DNA of 64,000 nt from a virus. Its lineage: Duplodnaviria > Caudoviricetes. This document shows, in pieces, positions 1 to 9,240 of this stretch. The stretch is from IMG/VR virus record IMGVR_UViG_3300033463_000056, positions 30,279 to 94,278 of that record; one strand, given 5' to 3'. The number at the start of each line of letters is the position of its first letter. The stretch's first letter is position 1. Below the pieces are notes generated by a model. That model was not told where the DNA came from, searched no databases, and saw nothing but the letters and a program-made list of their open reading frames with translations. The position numbers were made by a program, and so were the translations under genes.

Positions 1-676
1 CATCCTTCTGGATCTTCTCATATCCAGTCTGGTAGAAGTTCTTCAAGGCGTCGAGCGCATCCTTCGCATCATCGATGTCGGAAGCAGACTTGAACGACTT
101 CTCGACCTCCTTCATCGCCTTCTCCTGCGTGTATCCGCGATTGATAAGGTCGTTGTAGATAAGGCTCTTCCGAAGCTGCTCGCCCTGTTCTCCTTCGTCG
201 CTGATAGCTTCGTCGGTAACAGAGCCGAGATAGGAAAGCGTCTGTTCGTACATCTTCACGGTATCAGGAGCGATTCCATTACCGAGAGCTTCATCGATAC
301 GCTTCTGCCTTTCATCCAGCCTCGAAGTGACTGCACGTTCAACCAGTTCGGCAAATGCCTCGGGCGTATTCGCCGCAGATAATTCTTCATCAGTGAACTC
401 GGGGAAGATGCCATCATTCTTCAGAGCAGTGGCTATGGAAGAAAGTATGGATGGAGAAGAACCATCACCCTGTGGCGTGACAGTATCTTCCCCGTGTTCT
501 TCCGTACCTACTTTCTCCGAATGACCTTCGCCATCCTCGGTCGGCTGATTTTCTTCTTCTTTTTCCTCGGCAGGTTCCTCATCGGGTTCCTGCAGAGGCT
601 TGGTTTCGTCAAAGAGCTTTTCGGCTTCCTCCGCAGAGAGAAGTCCGCTTGAAATGTCAAAACTAAAATCTTCCAT
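1..676 (-). CDS. crAss-like acidic scaffold-type protein, normally upstream of the major capsid gene; truncated by the window edge
   Basis: Hand-translated open frame from ATG at 676 (MEDFSFDISSGLLSAEEAEKLF...SSIATALKNDGIFP...LIYNDLINRGY) runs off position 1; TACATTTG promoter element upstream; family assignment from recalled crAss synteny. Confidence 0.7.
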   Translation of the reverse strand, partial: MEDFSFDISSGLLSAEEAEKLFDETKPLQEPDEEPAEEKEEENQPTEDGEGHSEKVGTEEHGEDTVTPQGDGSSPSILSSIATALKNDGIFPEFTDEELSAANTPEAFAELVERAVTSRLDERQKRIDEALGNGIAPDTVKMYEQTLSYLGSVTDEAISDEGEQGEQLRKSLIYNDLINRGYTQEKAMKEVEKSFKSASDIDDAKDALDALKNFYQTGYEKIQKD

Positions 677-786
677 TTTTCTCCATTTTGGTTTACGCAA
701 ATGTATTTAAATGGGAAAAGCGAATTACTCTTGTAAGTAACTCGCTTATCGCTAATTAAGAAATTTAATTATTTGAACAGAAACGA

Positions 787-1170
787 TTACAATCTTACGA
801 TTTCAACGGTTATTCCGTTCATATATCGCATCAGTTTCTGTTTGAGTTTGAATCCTTCTGTCAAAGGAGCCGTCTTTCCCTTCACGTCTACAACGTGTTC
901 TTTCCCTGTTGCAGTGTCAATGTACACAAAATCAGCAACATAGTGGGTTGCTTTCTGGATGGAATACTTCTTTTCCTTCGTCTTTGTCTTCAGATGCTGT
1001 ATCTTCGTTCCCCAAATAGCAGGTATGATTTCATACGGAACTTGCATCCGAAGATTGGATATCTCGTGATTCTCCTGCAACTGTTTCAGATACAAGTAAT
1101 AACTGCCTTCCTGTGTGGAGGCGAACTTGATTCCGTCGTGGACGACCGGTTTATTATGCCACTTGCTCAT
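787..1170 (-). CDS. DUF1064-family PD-(D/E)XK endonuclease
   Basis: MSKWHNK...DGIKFAS..E...Q.PYE...YVADFVY...VVDVKG motif pattern. Confidence 0.85.
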   Translation of the reverse strand: MSKWHNKPVVHDGIKFASTQEGSYYLYLKQLQENHEISNLRMQVPYEIIPAIWGTKIQHLKTKTKEKKYSIQKATHYVADFVYIDTATGKEHVVDVKGKTAPLTEGFKLKQKLMRYMNGITVEIVRL

Positions 1171-1206
1171 TTACAACGCTGCCAAACTGATAGCAATGGC
1201 TCGAAA

Positions 1207-1965
1207 TTATTTTTCTCCTCCACCGCCTTCGGAATCAGAAGCAGGAGACCAAAAAGTACCGTTTTCCTGATCGAATCCAAATATAATAATACCGTCTTCG
1301 GCGTATGTGGCAAGACTTATCCATACAGGAACATCTGGTTCTAATTCATCAATTGATATAAAATAAACCAAGCCACCAGCAAGTATATGCGCATAAGCCT
1401 CCGACCAAGTGGGAGAACCTTCGGCTGGGCTAACACCTTCGGAATCGCCGCTAGTTCCTCTTACAATCATCGGAGAAAGCGGAACGCTATATGTGGTGTT
1501 TCCGACCTTGATGTTTTCAAGAGCTGCGAGAGCCTGAGTCTGAGTATTGGCTTCAACTGGATATGTGTATGCAATTGTATATTCCCCGTCAGGCTTGCTT
1601 GCCGTGAAATAAATAGACCTTACGCCGCCAAGGACCGTCGCAAGACCAATCTCCTTGTAATCTATCCCGCCATTGGAACTGAATGTCTTCCGGAAATACT
1701 TCCCCTTCATTACAAGCAGGCAGTTGTCGCTGTCGAGTTTTTCAAGGTCAGAAGCACTCAGTGTACCAGTTGCGGGAAGATGATCATAAGTCAGTTCAAC
1801 AATCTGAATGTCAGAGTCTGAGCCTCCGCCACCACCAGAATTGCCGCCAGATATGGCTACCCATTCGCCGTTCTGGAACTTCTTCAGCGTTTTACCGTTC
1901 AACCACAGGTCGTTCTCGTTAGGAGCACCTTGGCTCTCTACTATTCTTTTCATGTCTGTTTTCAT
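1207..1965 (-). CDS. hypothetical virion/tail accessory protein
   Basis: 252-aa ORF, Gly linker, beta-rich, co-directional with structural genes. Confidence 0.55.
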   Translation of the reverse strand: MKTDMKRIVESQGAPNENDLWLNGKTLKKFQNGEWVAISGGNSGGGGGSDSDIQIVELTYDHLPATGTLSASDLEKLDSDNCLLVMKGKYFRKTFSSNGGIDYKEIGLATVLGGVRSIYFTASKPDGEYTIAYTYPVEANTQTQALAALENIKVGNTTYSVPLSPMIVRGTSGDSEGVSPAEGSPTWSEAYAHILAGGLVYFISIDELEPDVPVWISLATYAEDGIIIFGFDQENGTFWSPASDSEGGGGEK

Positions 1966-1976
1966 AATCTATATCT

Positions 1977-2465
1977 TTAGAATGTATATCCAAATGTTAC
2001 TCCGGCTCCGGCATATGGCTGAAATCCTTCCGGAGTATATCCTATACCAACCTGCGGTCCGACAGTGAAACTCCAGCGTTTCCTATATGGAACAGTTATC
2101 TTCGTTTCCTTCTGCTTGATCCACATTTCGACAAGCTCAGGCTGGAAGCCTTTGATGACGGCGTGATAGTATTCTCCTTCGTATGTCTTCTCGGTAATCG
2201 GAACGTCCACGAGGACCGAATCCCGTATCTTCGTCGTGTCGTGAACATCAATCGTATCGTGAACCGGAAGATAAACTGGTTTCCATTTGACGATGAAACT
2301 ATCCTTCGGCTCGTAGATGGTATCCCGTATCCATTTCGTAACGGTTACGGTATCGGGCTTCATCGTCTCAATTCCTTTCTTCGCCCCATATCCTTCCCCA
2401 AGAAAGAAGGATATAATCAAGCCAAGAAGGATAGCTGCGATGAGTATGATTGTTTTCCTGTCCAT
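1977..2465 (-). CDS. membrane-anchored lysis accessory (spanin-like) protein
   Basis: N-terminal TM, DT-rich repeats, C-terminal amphipathic beta strands ending in F; follows the endolysin. Confidence 0.55.
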   Translation of the reverse strand: MDRKTIILIAAILLGLIISFFLGEGYGAKKGIETMKPDTVTVTKWIRDTIYEPKDSFIVKWKPVYLPVHDTIDVHDTTKIRDSVLVDVPITEKTYEGEYYHAVIKGFQPELVEMWIKQKETKITVPYRKRWSFTVGPQVGIGYTPEGFQPYAGAGVTFGYTF

Positions 2466-2543
2466 AAAGAAGTCCGGAGAAAGCCTGACGAAACGAAATA
2501 AAGAAACAACAAATAATTACTATTATACACCATCTCCGGACTT

Positions 2544-2684
2544 CTATGTCACCGTGATAGTCCAGCCTTCAAAACCAAGATTGACAGAAGCAAATTCAAA
2601 AGCGGTTGCATAATCCTCGTATGGTCCGAAGCAGCGCTCGTCGCTCGTAATCACCCAGTAGTTGTAATACTTATCGTCCGGCAT
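2544..2684 (-). CDS. small hypothetical protein (46 aa)
   Basis: Hand translation MPDDKYYNYWVITSDERCFGPYEDYATAFEF...; fills the gap after the endolysin. Confidence 0.5.
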   Translation of the reverse strand: MPDDKYYNYWVITSDERCFGPYEDYATAFEFASVNLGFEGWTITVT

Positions 2685-2685
2685 G

Positions 2686-3123
2686 CTACTTTACATTCAG
2701 ATTCTTTGTTTCTCCCCTTTGCGAGCCCGTAGACGAATACAGTGATATATGGACCCATTTCGTCTTTCCCTGCATTTCAAAGAGAACCTGGTCGAACTTA
2801 ATCTTGTTCTTGATGAGCCATTCCTTCACAAACTTGCCGAAGTCGTCAATCTTTCCGTTACCCGGAGTTAAATCTGCAGCGTATCCATTCTTATGTGCAG
2901 AAGTGGACACGCCGCCGACAGCCTTGTTCAGAGCATCGCAACGATAACCGGAATTGACTTTGATGGATGAACCCCAGGCAAGGCGAAGCGGCTCCAGAAT
3001 CTTTTCCGTAAGCTCGGATAAATGCGCGACGATAGTGAACGAAGGGAAGTTATCAATCTTCTTCTTCGTAGCAACGTCAGAAGCGCACAGTTCCTTCAGA
3101 GAGAAATACTTGAAGTCAGCCAT
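2686..3123 (-). CDS. endolysin, peptidase M15 family
   Basis: SGYRC..LN.AVGG...SAH..G.AAD...WVHIS motifs. Confidence 0.92.
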   Translation of the reverse strand: MADFKYFSLKELCASDVATKKKIDNFPSFTIVAHLSELTEKILEPLRLAWGSSIKVNSGYRCDALNKAVGGVSTSAHKNGYAADLTPGNGKIDDFGKFVKEWLIKNKIKFDQVLFEMQGKTKWVHISLYSSTGSQRGETKNLNVK

Positions 3124-3572
3124 CAGTCTTCCTCCTTCTTGGCAAACTGTCCTTTGTTGTTACGGTTCTGATTCTGTGCGTTGACGCTTCTCTTACTCGG
3201 CACTACGTCAGGGCGGATTTCGCGGAGAGCATCACGGAGTTCTTCGTTTTCCTTCTTGAGCCGACCATTCTCCTCCTTGAGTTCCGCCATCTCTTTTTTT
3301 AATGTAGCGTTCTCGTCTTCCACAGATTGGACACTGATCCGTAAATCATCGACCATCTTTTTCAAGTCATCGATAGCTGGCTTGTAGATATCGTCAACAA
3401 TCTTCTTGATGTTGTCCACCTGCTTCTCCTTGGCTTCTTCAACGGTCTTCTGCGCTTCTGCCTGCTCCTGTTTGACGTGCGATCTCACAGTAAGGAGTCT
3501 AATGAGCCAGCCGCCGCCTACCACGACAACCAGCCCATCAATTACGAATTGAATGATTTCAAGTGTAGACAT
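3123..3572 (-). CDS. putative holin/lysis membrane protein with coiled coil
   Basis: N-terminal TM then long coiled coil; stop overlaps endolysin start. Confidence 0.55.
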   Translation of the reverse strand: MSTLEIIQFVIDGLVVVVGGGWLIRLLTVRSHVKQEQAEAQKTVEEAKEKQVDNIKKIVDDIYKPAIDDLKKMVDDLRISVQSVEDENATLKKEMAELKEENGRLKKENEELRDALREIRPDVVPSKRSVNAQNQNRNNKGQFAKKEED

Positions 3573-3583
3573 GACTATAAGTT

Positions 3584-3787
3584 TTATTCTTCTTTATGTG
3601 TGCGCTTATACTCGGCAATGAAGGGGAAAGCCGAAAGTATGATACCGACGATACCAGCAATATTGAACAATGCTCCGTGTTCTACGCCCCAGTTGAGTGC
3701 ACCGATACCGGAGATAACGCCGAGGAAGCACATCGCTCCAGCCGCAATGAAGCGAAGGCCCTCGTTATTTTTGATTTTGTTCCACAT
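3584..3787 (-). CDS. small two-TM membrane protein (holin candidate)
   Basis: Two hydrophobic helices; ATG start MWNKIK at 3787. Confidence 0.55.
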   Translation of the reverse strand: MWNKIKNNEGLRFIAAGAMCFLGVISGIGALNWGVEHGALFNIAGIVGIILSAFPFIAEYKRTHKEE

Positions 3788-3802
3788 AATTATATAGTTC
3801 AA

Positions 3803-6703
3803 TTACAGTGTCGGCACATCGTTCGGATCGAAAGTAGGACCGCTCATGGTATAGACGCCTCCACTTTCAGTGAACGTTGCAATCAAATTAGTATTTACAG
3901 TTCGTACACCGCCCTGACCGCTTGCAATCCTGACAACACTTGCAGAATAACCGTAAGTCCTATCAGGTTCAATCGGCATGATAATATACTCGCCAACCGG
4001 CAATTTGCTACTTGCATAATTTGCGGCAGTAGGTTTAGAGTAATATGTATCAAGATAATCTCCATCCATATCTGGCTTCGTAACACTGAAAGTGCTCATA
4101 GTGTACGGATCGAGATACAGCTTTACATATACTCCACTATTAGCGGCGGTTTCAGAATATCGATAACCAGCATCATATCTGTAGGCGGAAGTAGCTGTAG
4201 TGGGATCAATCGTTTCGTTACCGGCAAATCGATTCCCGGAAGAAGCAATAACTTTCAATTTCGTCCATTCGGGAACATTAATCGGACCATTATCCTTCAT
4301 AAGACCACCAGGGCCCAAGTCATATAGAAGCGTACCGAGCTGAGAGGAGGAACCGTCACTGTCATAGAATTTCAGAACCGGAGAAGAATCACCCGATTCC
4401 TGCCCCATGATAATACGAACGCGCCCCTGGTCATCGTAGAATTTAATCAGTCCATCATCAATAACAATATATGAATTGTTACCAGCGTTCGTGGTCATGT
4501 GGTCCACGGTAAGGCCACCAATATAGGCCGAAGTCGCTACGAGAATCTGAGCGTAAACAGCTCCGAGATTCTGGAATACGCTATAGACACGACCCTGATT
4601 ATACAGAAGCTCAGATTCGTTTCTCGTAGAAGCAATGGTATTCGTGTAGCTCGCGCTTGTGGGAAGCGACAAGTTCGTTCCAGAATAGCCACTTGCATAG
4701 GAACTCGAATAGTTCACGAGCAATAGGACAGGAGTTTCAACCGTACCAGTTCCAATAGGGTTGGAAATATTGAACGGATAAGGAACACGAGAAGGATAAT
4801 ATCCACTCGTAACAACAATCACATCACGGAACGGAGCGTCCTCCTCGAAGCCAGAGAATACGCGGTCATTACCGGTAAGCGTAACACCGCCGATTTCGCT
4901 CCAGTTACGAATACGGATAGGAAGCGCATCTTTACCATCTACACCATCAGTTCCATCAAGGCCATTGATACCGTAATGGGAATACAGGCGAGCCTTATTA
5001 TTTGTAGTACCATACCAAGCGCTCCAGACTCCGTTCTCCTTCTTTCTCCAAGCAACCCAGCAGAAAGGATATTCTGCACTTACACCACCGGGGTCGTCAG
5101 TCCAACCTTCTGACGTGGGAACATAATCATCCGTATTTGGAGAAGATGCAGGCAGATTAGGCGCAGTCGCCGTTGCAGTAAGCTTGAAGATATATTCATA
5201 GCCGAAACCATCCTGACCCTTCCAGTATTTCCATGTATAATCAGCAGGGTCGCTACTATCAGAAACGGTATAATCCCAGTAAACACCGATGTAATCGCCG
5301 GGATCCTCGCCGTCATTACCGGAGAAGTCTGCAGAAGCGGGAGTAGTCAGGACTCGAGGATCGTTGGAATATTTGATATGAAGAATAGCGTTAGAGCCAT
5401 TCGCGCCGGGATCACCCTTAATTTGTCCGCAATCCTCCCAAGAATCGCCATCCCAGACATAAAGATGACCATTTGTCGAAAGGATATAGCCATCTCCAAT
5501 TTCATTATCCGTAGCAGGAAGATCGCCGACATTACTCACGGAACCCTTAATATTGACGCTCGTACCATCCTTACCATCTTCGCCTTTAACCTTCACAAGC
5601 ATCCAAGTGCTTCCGGATTTATATGCACCATTACTGACTTCGCGCATGGCCATCCAGATGGTATTCTCATCAGCAGTATTGGACCACTGTGGATTGGTGT
5701 TGGCGGAAGTCGGAGAAGTCTTCACTGGAGCTGAAGGATTCTCGGCACTGGAAAATTCATAATCCATGAATTGACTATCGGCGACGAGTTCCGGAGTAGA
5801 CCAGTTCGCGTCACTATGCGTATTGTCCGAAGCAAAAGTACGAGAGCTCATCCACACGGCGTCATTCCCAGAAGGGATACCATCGCTCCATCCATTAGCG
5901 GGACTCGGAACAGGAGAAGAATAATTACCACCAGATGGTCTATCCGGTTGAGACGCGGCCCTCTTGAACACAAAGCTCTTGAAAGAAGCATAAGGAAGAA
6001 CCACATCTCCGATATTAATTATCGTCCACTCGCCCCAAGCACTTCCGGTCCAAAAACGAAGAGCCATCCAAACATCAGCGCCGGTACGAGTAGCGTGCCA
6101 ATTGGCAGGTGTTGTAGCGGGAGTTCCAGGATTAGTCGCTGCCGCAGAGAACATCATCTGAGCAGATTCAGAAGGGACAGAAGGAGTAGTGCCACCACCA
6201 GATGCAAGGTTCTTGAACACGAACTCAAAAATCTTCGCGGTATTCGGACCGGAAGCATTGACAGTAACGCCAACTTCTCCACTCTCATCGGTAGTAACAC
6301 TTGCTGTCGGAGTGCCGAATCCAGCCGAAGTTCCGGGGGTTCCAGAAGCTCCAGCAGGTCCAGTTGCACCCGCAGCACCAGCGGGGCCTTGCGCACCAGT
6401 ATCACCCTTATCGCCTTTATCTCCTTTCAGCGACTGAAGAAACTGAAGCGGTGTACCCTCATTGCCCTGCTCAAGCCAGATATCATATGCAGACTTTCCA
6501 TCTTCACCGTCGGCGATATCATCGGGAAGATAATCATGAATGAGCTTACGGACACCAACCTTCTTATTAATACCGCCCTGAACGATAGCAACAAGTTCAT
6601 CTCCACTCAGAGCAGAAGCATTCGGAAGGTCAGTATCGCGAACACCGAGTGTCGCAAGCTGTTTCCGAATCTCTTCAATTTGGGCTTTGGTAAAGTATTT
6701 CAT
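3803..6703 (-). CDS. tail fibre protein with collagen-like repeats
   Basis: GDKGDKGDTGAQGPAG repeats, GKSAYDIW motif, Trp-rich repeated beta modules. Confidence 0.85.
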   Translation of the reverse strand: MKYFTKAQIEEIRKQLATLGVRDTDLPNASALSGDELVAIVQGGINKKVGVRKLIHDYLPDDIADGEDGKSAYDIWLEQGNEGTPLQFLQSLKGDKGDKGDTGAQGPAGAAGATGPAGASGTPGTSAGFGTPTASVTTDESGEVGVTVNASGPNTAKIFEFVFKNLASGGGTTPSVPSESAQMMFSAAATNPGTPATTPANWHATRTGADVWMALRFWTGSAWGEWTIINIGDVVLPYASFKSFVFKRAASQPDRPSGGNYSSPVPSPANGWSDGIPSGNDAVWMSSRTFASDNTHSDANWSTPELVADSQFMDYEFSSAENPSAPVKTSPTSANTNPQWSNTADENTIWMAMREVSNGAYKSGSTWMLVKVKGEDGKDGTSVNIKGSVSNVGDLPATDNEIGDGYILSTNGHLYVWDGDSWEDCGQIKGDPGANGSNAILHIKYSNDPRVLTTPASADFSGNDGEDPGDYIGVYWDYTVSDSSDPADYTWKYWKGQDGFGYEYIFKLTATATAPNLPASSPNTDDYVPTSEGWTDDPGGVSAEYPFCWVAWRKKENGVWSAWYGTTNNKARLYSHYGINGLDGTDGVDGKDALPIRIRNWSEIGGVTLTGNDRVFSGFEEDAPFRDVIVVTSGYYPSRVPYPFNISNPIGTGTVETPVLLLVNYSSSYASGYSGTNLSLPTSASYTNTIASTRNESELLYNQGRVYSVFQNLGAVYAQILVATSAYIGGLTVDHMTTNAGNNSYIVIDDGLIKFYDDQGRVRIIMGQESGDSSPVLKFYDSDGSSSQLGTLLYDLGPGGLMKDNGPINVPEWTKLKVIASSGNRFAGNETIDPTTATSAYRYDAGYRYSETAANSGVYVKLYLDPYTMSTFSVTKPDMDGDYLDTYYSKPTAANYASSKLPVGEYIIMPIEPDRTYGYSASVVRIASGQGGVRTVNTNLIATFTESGGVYTMSGPTFDPNDVPTL

Positions 6704-6714
6704 ATCTTTCTATG

Positions 6715-9171
6715 TTATTTCTTTGTCGTAGATGACGTGCCTTTCATTCGGGCAATCTGTTTTTGAGCTTCGATTTTCTTGTACTCGATATCTTTCTTGT
6801 CTTTCCTTTCGTTTTCCTTTTCGTGTAACTCTCGATCAAACTGTCTGATTTGCTCAGCAAGTTTCTCTCTTTCGATATCAAGTTTTTCATGCACTAACTG
6901 CTCGTCGTTTTCCTCCGCATAGATACCGAGGCGGAGGTACTCGGCCTGGGAATTAATCTTCGCAACTTCAATCTTGGTTTCGTTGTCGCGCTGGTTGAGA
7001 ACATCCTTCTGCTGCATCTCCATCTGCTTCGCCTGCATATCAGCCTGGATTTTCTGCTGCTCAATCTGCTGTTGCTGCTGGGCGGCTTCCTGCTGCTGGG
7101 CCTGAATCTTCTTTTCAGAATCTTCAATAGCACGAATCTTTTCCTGCATCGAAAGCGAAGAATACATCTTCAAAAGCGTAGAGAACGGCATACCGTTCTG
7201 AGCCATAGCCTGACCGATGGTGTCAATCTGGGAATTCAGCTTCTGCGTATCCTGCGAGTTATCAACGACAAGACCATAATCGCATTCGCAGAATTCATCG
7301 CCATCAATCTCCATAATCTTTCGGGAATAATCCGAAAGGATATATTGGAACTTCTTGCTTCTTCCACGGAGTGCCGCCTTCGCATACTCAATAAAGCATT
7401 CGATAACTCGCTTCTTGGTATCGTCGTGCTTCTGGAACAGCCAGTCTGTGATATACGAAGACTGCAGGACAGCCCTTTCAATGCCGCCTACAGTCTCACG
7501 ATTGTATGTGTTTCCTTCCCGCTGGCGATTGATACCGACAAGATCCGACATCGCATCCTTCGTCCACTGAAGCAGATTCATGTAGTTCTGGATGGACTGT
7601 CCCCAGTCAGCATCGACATAGCCTTTGCTCGCATTATTCAGACCACCAGCCAGCTTTCCGGTAGCCGCACCCTTGTTTCCTTCATTGAACGAATCCTTGA
7701 TGAGAACCTTGTTGGCGCGGGCAAAATACATCCATTTCTCAACCTCCCAGTTCTTCGGCTTCATCGCAAGATCCATCTCGAGAAGCTTTCCCCAGTTGGT
7801 AGCGATAAGGTCAACAAGTTTCGCGTGGACGGCATCGTACATATAGTTGTACGGCTTCATCATATCCACGAGGGAATAAGGACGCGATTCGTTGAGGTTA
7901 TAGATGGTTCCGATAATACCGAAATGACATCTCGATGGATTGGAGATGCTGTTATGCTGGACAAGACAAGGACGCATCTGAACGTAGATGTGGTCGCCAA
8001 TCTTCGTACCTTCCCAAGCTTCGTTCACCCAAAGCGGAGTAGCTTCCTCGCCAGCCGCCTTATCGGGGATATAGGTCTCCGGGTAGAAGTCGAACACTTC
8101 CTCGCCGGTAACAGGGTCATAGGATTTGACCTTGAATATCTTTCTCTGGGACTTCCACCAGACGTGGATAACGCGGACATTGCCAGCCACATCATAAGGA
8201 AGAAGGTTCGTTCCGAACCCGCCGTTCAGTTCAGGGAACGCATCATATACATAATGGAGATTATCGCCGTTGATGTTGATTCCGTTCTCACCGACGAATG
8301 CGCCCTGCATGAAGGGATAGGCGTCGTTCACGCTGCCTTCAGGAAGTGTGGGTTCGGAGCCGCCGAATTCGGGAATCTCATCGGAGAGCCACTTGACATC
8401 TTTCGCGGAAAGATCATCATAATAGGTATCCAGAATCCTTCCACGGCTCCAGTAGTCCTCGTAGATGATGACATCGGCATCTTCGATACGGTTCGAATAA
8501 CCTGTTCCGAAAGCGCGAAGCTTGATAGGATTCGCCCTGTCAACAAACGGTTCGCCACCAACGATTCCGAGCATATAGATTTCCTGACCGACACAGGCGT
8601 CAACGAAACCGTCGTTGAACTTCTGTTTCCAGTTCTGCTCCTTGGAGTAATGATGGATAAGCTCATTTGCCCGTATCTCGCGCAGGTCCTGCCAGTTGTA
8701 GTTGTAATACTCCTGGGTTTCCTGCATCTGTTTCTGGGCCTGCTGGTCATCTATTCCAGCATCTTCGACGATGTTCTGGACAGTCTGGAAAAACTCCTGT
8801 TTCTTCTGTTCCTCAATCTGCGAAACGGAATAAGGATTGGTGACAATCACCTTCCAGTCAAACACGCGGGCTGCTTCCTCGCCACGAAGCGTGTTTATCT
8901 TGGAGTTCATTATCGGATAATGCTGGATCTTGTCCGGAATGAAAGCGGAAGCAATGTTGCCCGGATTCAAGACAGCCGCGATATCCTCCATGTGGATGAT
9001 GCCGTTCAGAAGGTCATAGTTGATCTTCAGGTTGACGGTACTCGTCCTTACCGGAGAATAGTTAAAATATGAACGCACGCATCCCCAGTCCACACACTTC
9101 TTACGCCAGGCATCTCCCTTCGATTTGAAGGGCAGCCTCTGGGCGGGGAACGTTGTCGTACTTAAATCCAT
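6715..9171 (-). CDS. portal protein (crAss-like)
   Basis: 818 aa, FPAQRLP..K...W start, IQHYPIMNSKIN.L.GEE, Q-rich C-terminal coiled coil, adjacent to terminase. Confidence 0.92.
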   Translation of the reverse strand: MDLSTTTFPAQRLPFKSKGDAWRKKCVDWGCVRSYFNYSPVRTSTVNLKINYDLLNGIIHMEDIAAVLNPGNIASAFIPDKIQHYPIMNSKINTLRGEEAARVFDWKVIVTNPYSVSQIEEQKKQEFFQTVQNIVEDAGIDDQQAQKQMQETQEYYNYNWQDLREIRANELIHHYSKEQNWKQKFNDGFVDACVGQEIYMLGIVGGEPFVDRANPIKLRAFGTGYSNRIEDADVIIYEDYWSRGRILDTYYDDLSAKDVKWLSDEIPEFGGSEPTLPEGSVNDAYPFMQGAFVGENGININGDNLHYVYDAFPELNGGFGTNLLPYDVAGNVRVIHVWWKSQRKIFKVKSYDPVTGEEVFDFYPETYIPDKAAGEEATPLWVNEAWEGTKIGDHIYVQMRPCLVQHNSISNPSRCHFGIIGTIYNLNESRPYSLVDMMKPYNYMYDAVHAKLVDLIATNWGKLLEMDLAMKPKNWEVEKWMYFARANKVLIKDSFNEGNKGAATGKLAGGLNNASKGYVDADWGQSIQNYMNLLQWTKDAMSDLVGINRQREGNTYNRETVGGIERAVLQSSYITDWLFQKHDDTKKRVIECFIEYAKAALRGRSKKFQYILSDYSRKIMEIDGDEFCECDYGLVVDNSQDTQKLNSQIDTIGQAMAQNGMPFSTLLKMYSSLSMQEKIRAIEDSEKKIQAQQQEAAQQQQQIEQQKIQADMQAKQMEMQQKDVLNQRDNETKIEVAKINSQAEYLRLGIYAEENDEQLVHEKLDIEREKLAEQIRQFDRELHEKENERKDKKDIEYKKIEAQKQIARMKGTSSTTKK

Positions 9172-9240
9172 AAATCTGCACAGTTTACATGGCGAATTTA
9201 TCTTTTAATCCACCACGAACTACGCAGATAAGCGAAACGC

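Noticed and set aside
7072-9072. 666-aa plus-strand ORF and other long antisense ORFs (5771, 23960, 48461, 61131)
   Set aside because: Shadow frames of strongly codon-biased genes, with no recognisable motifs.
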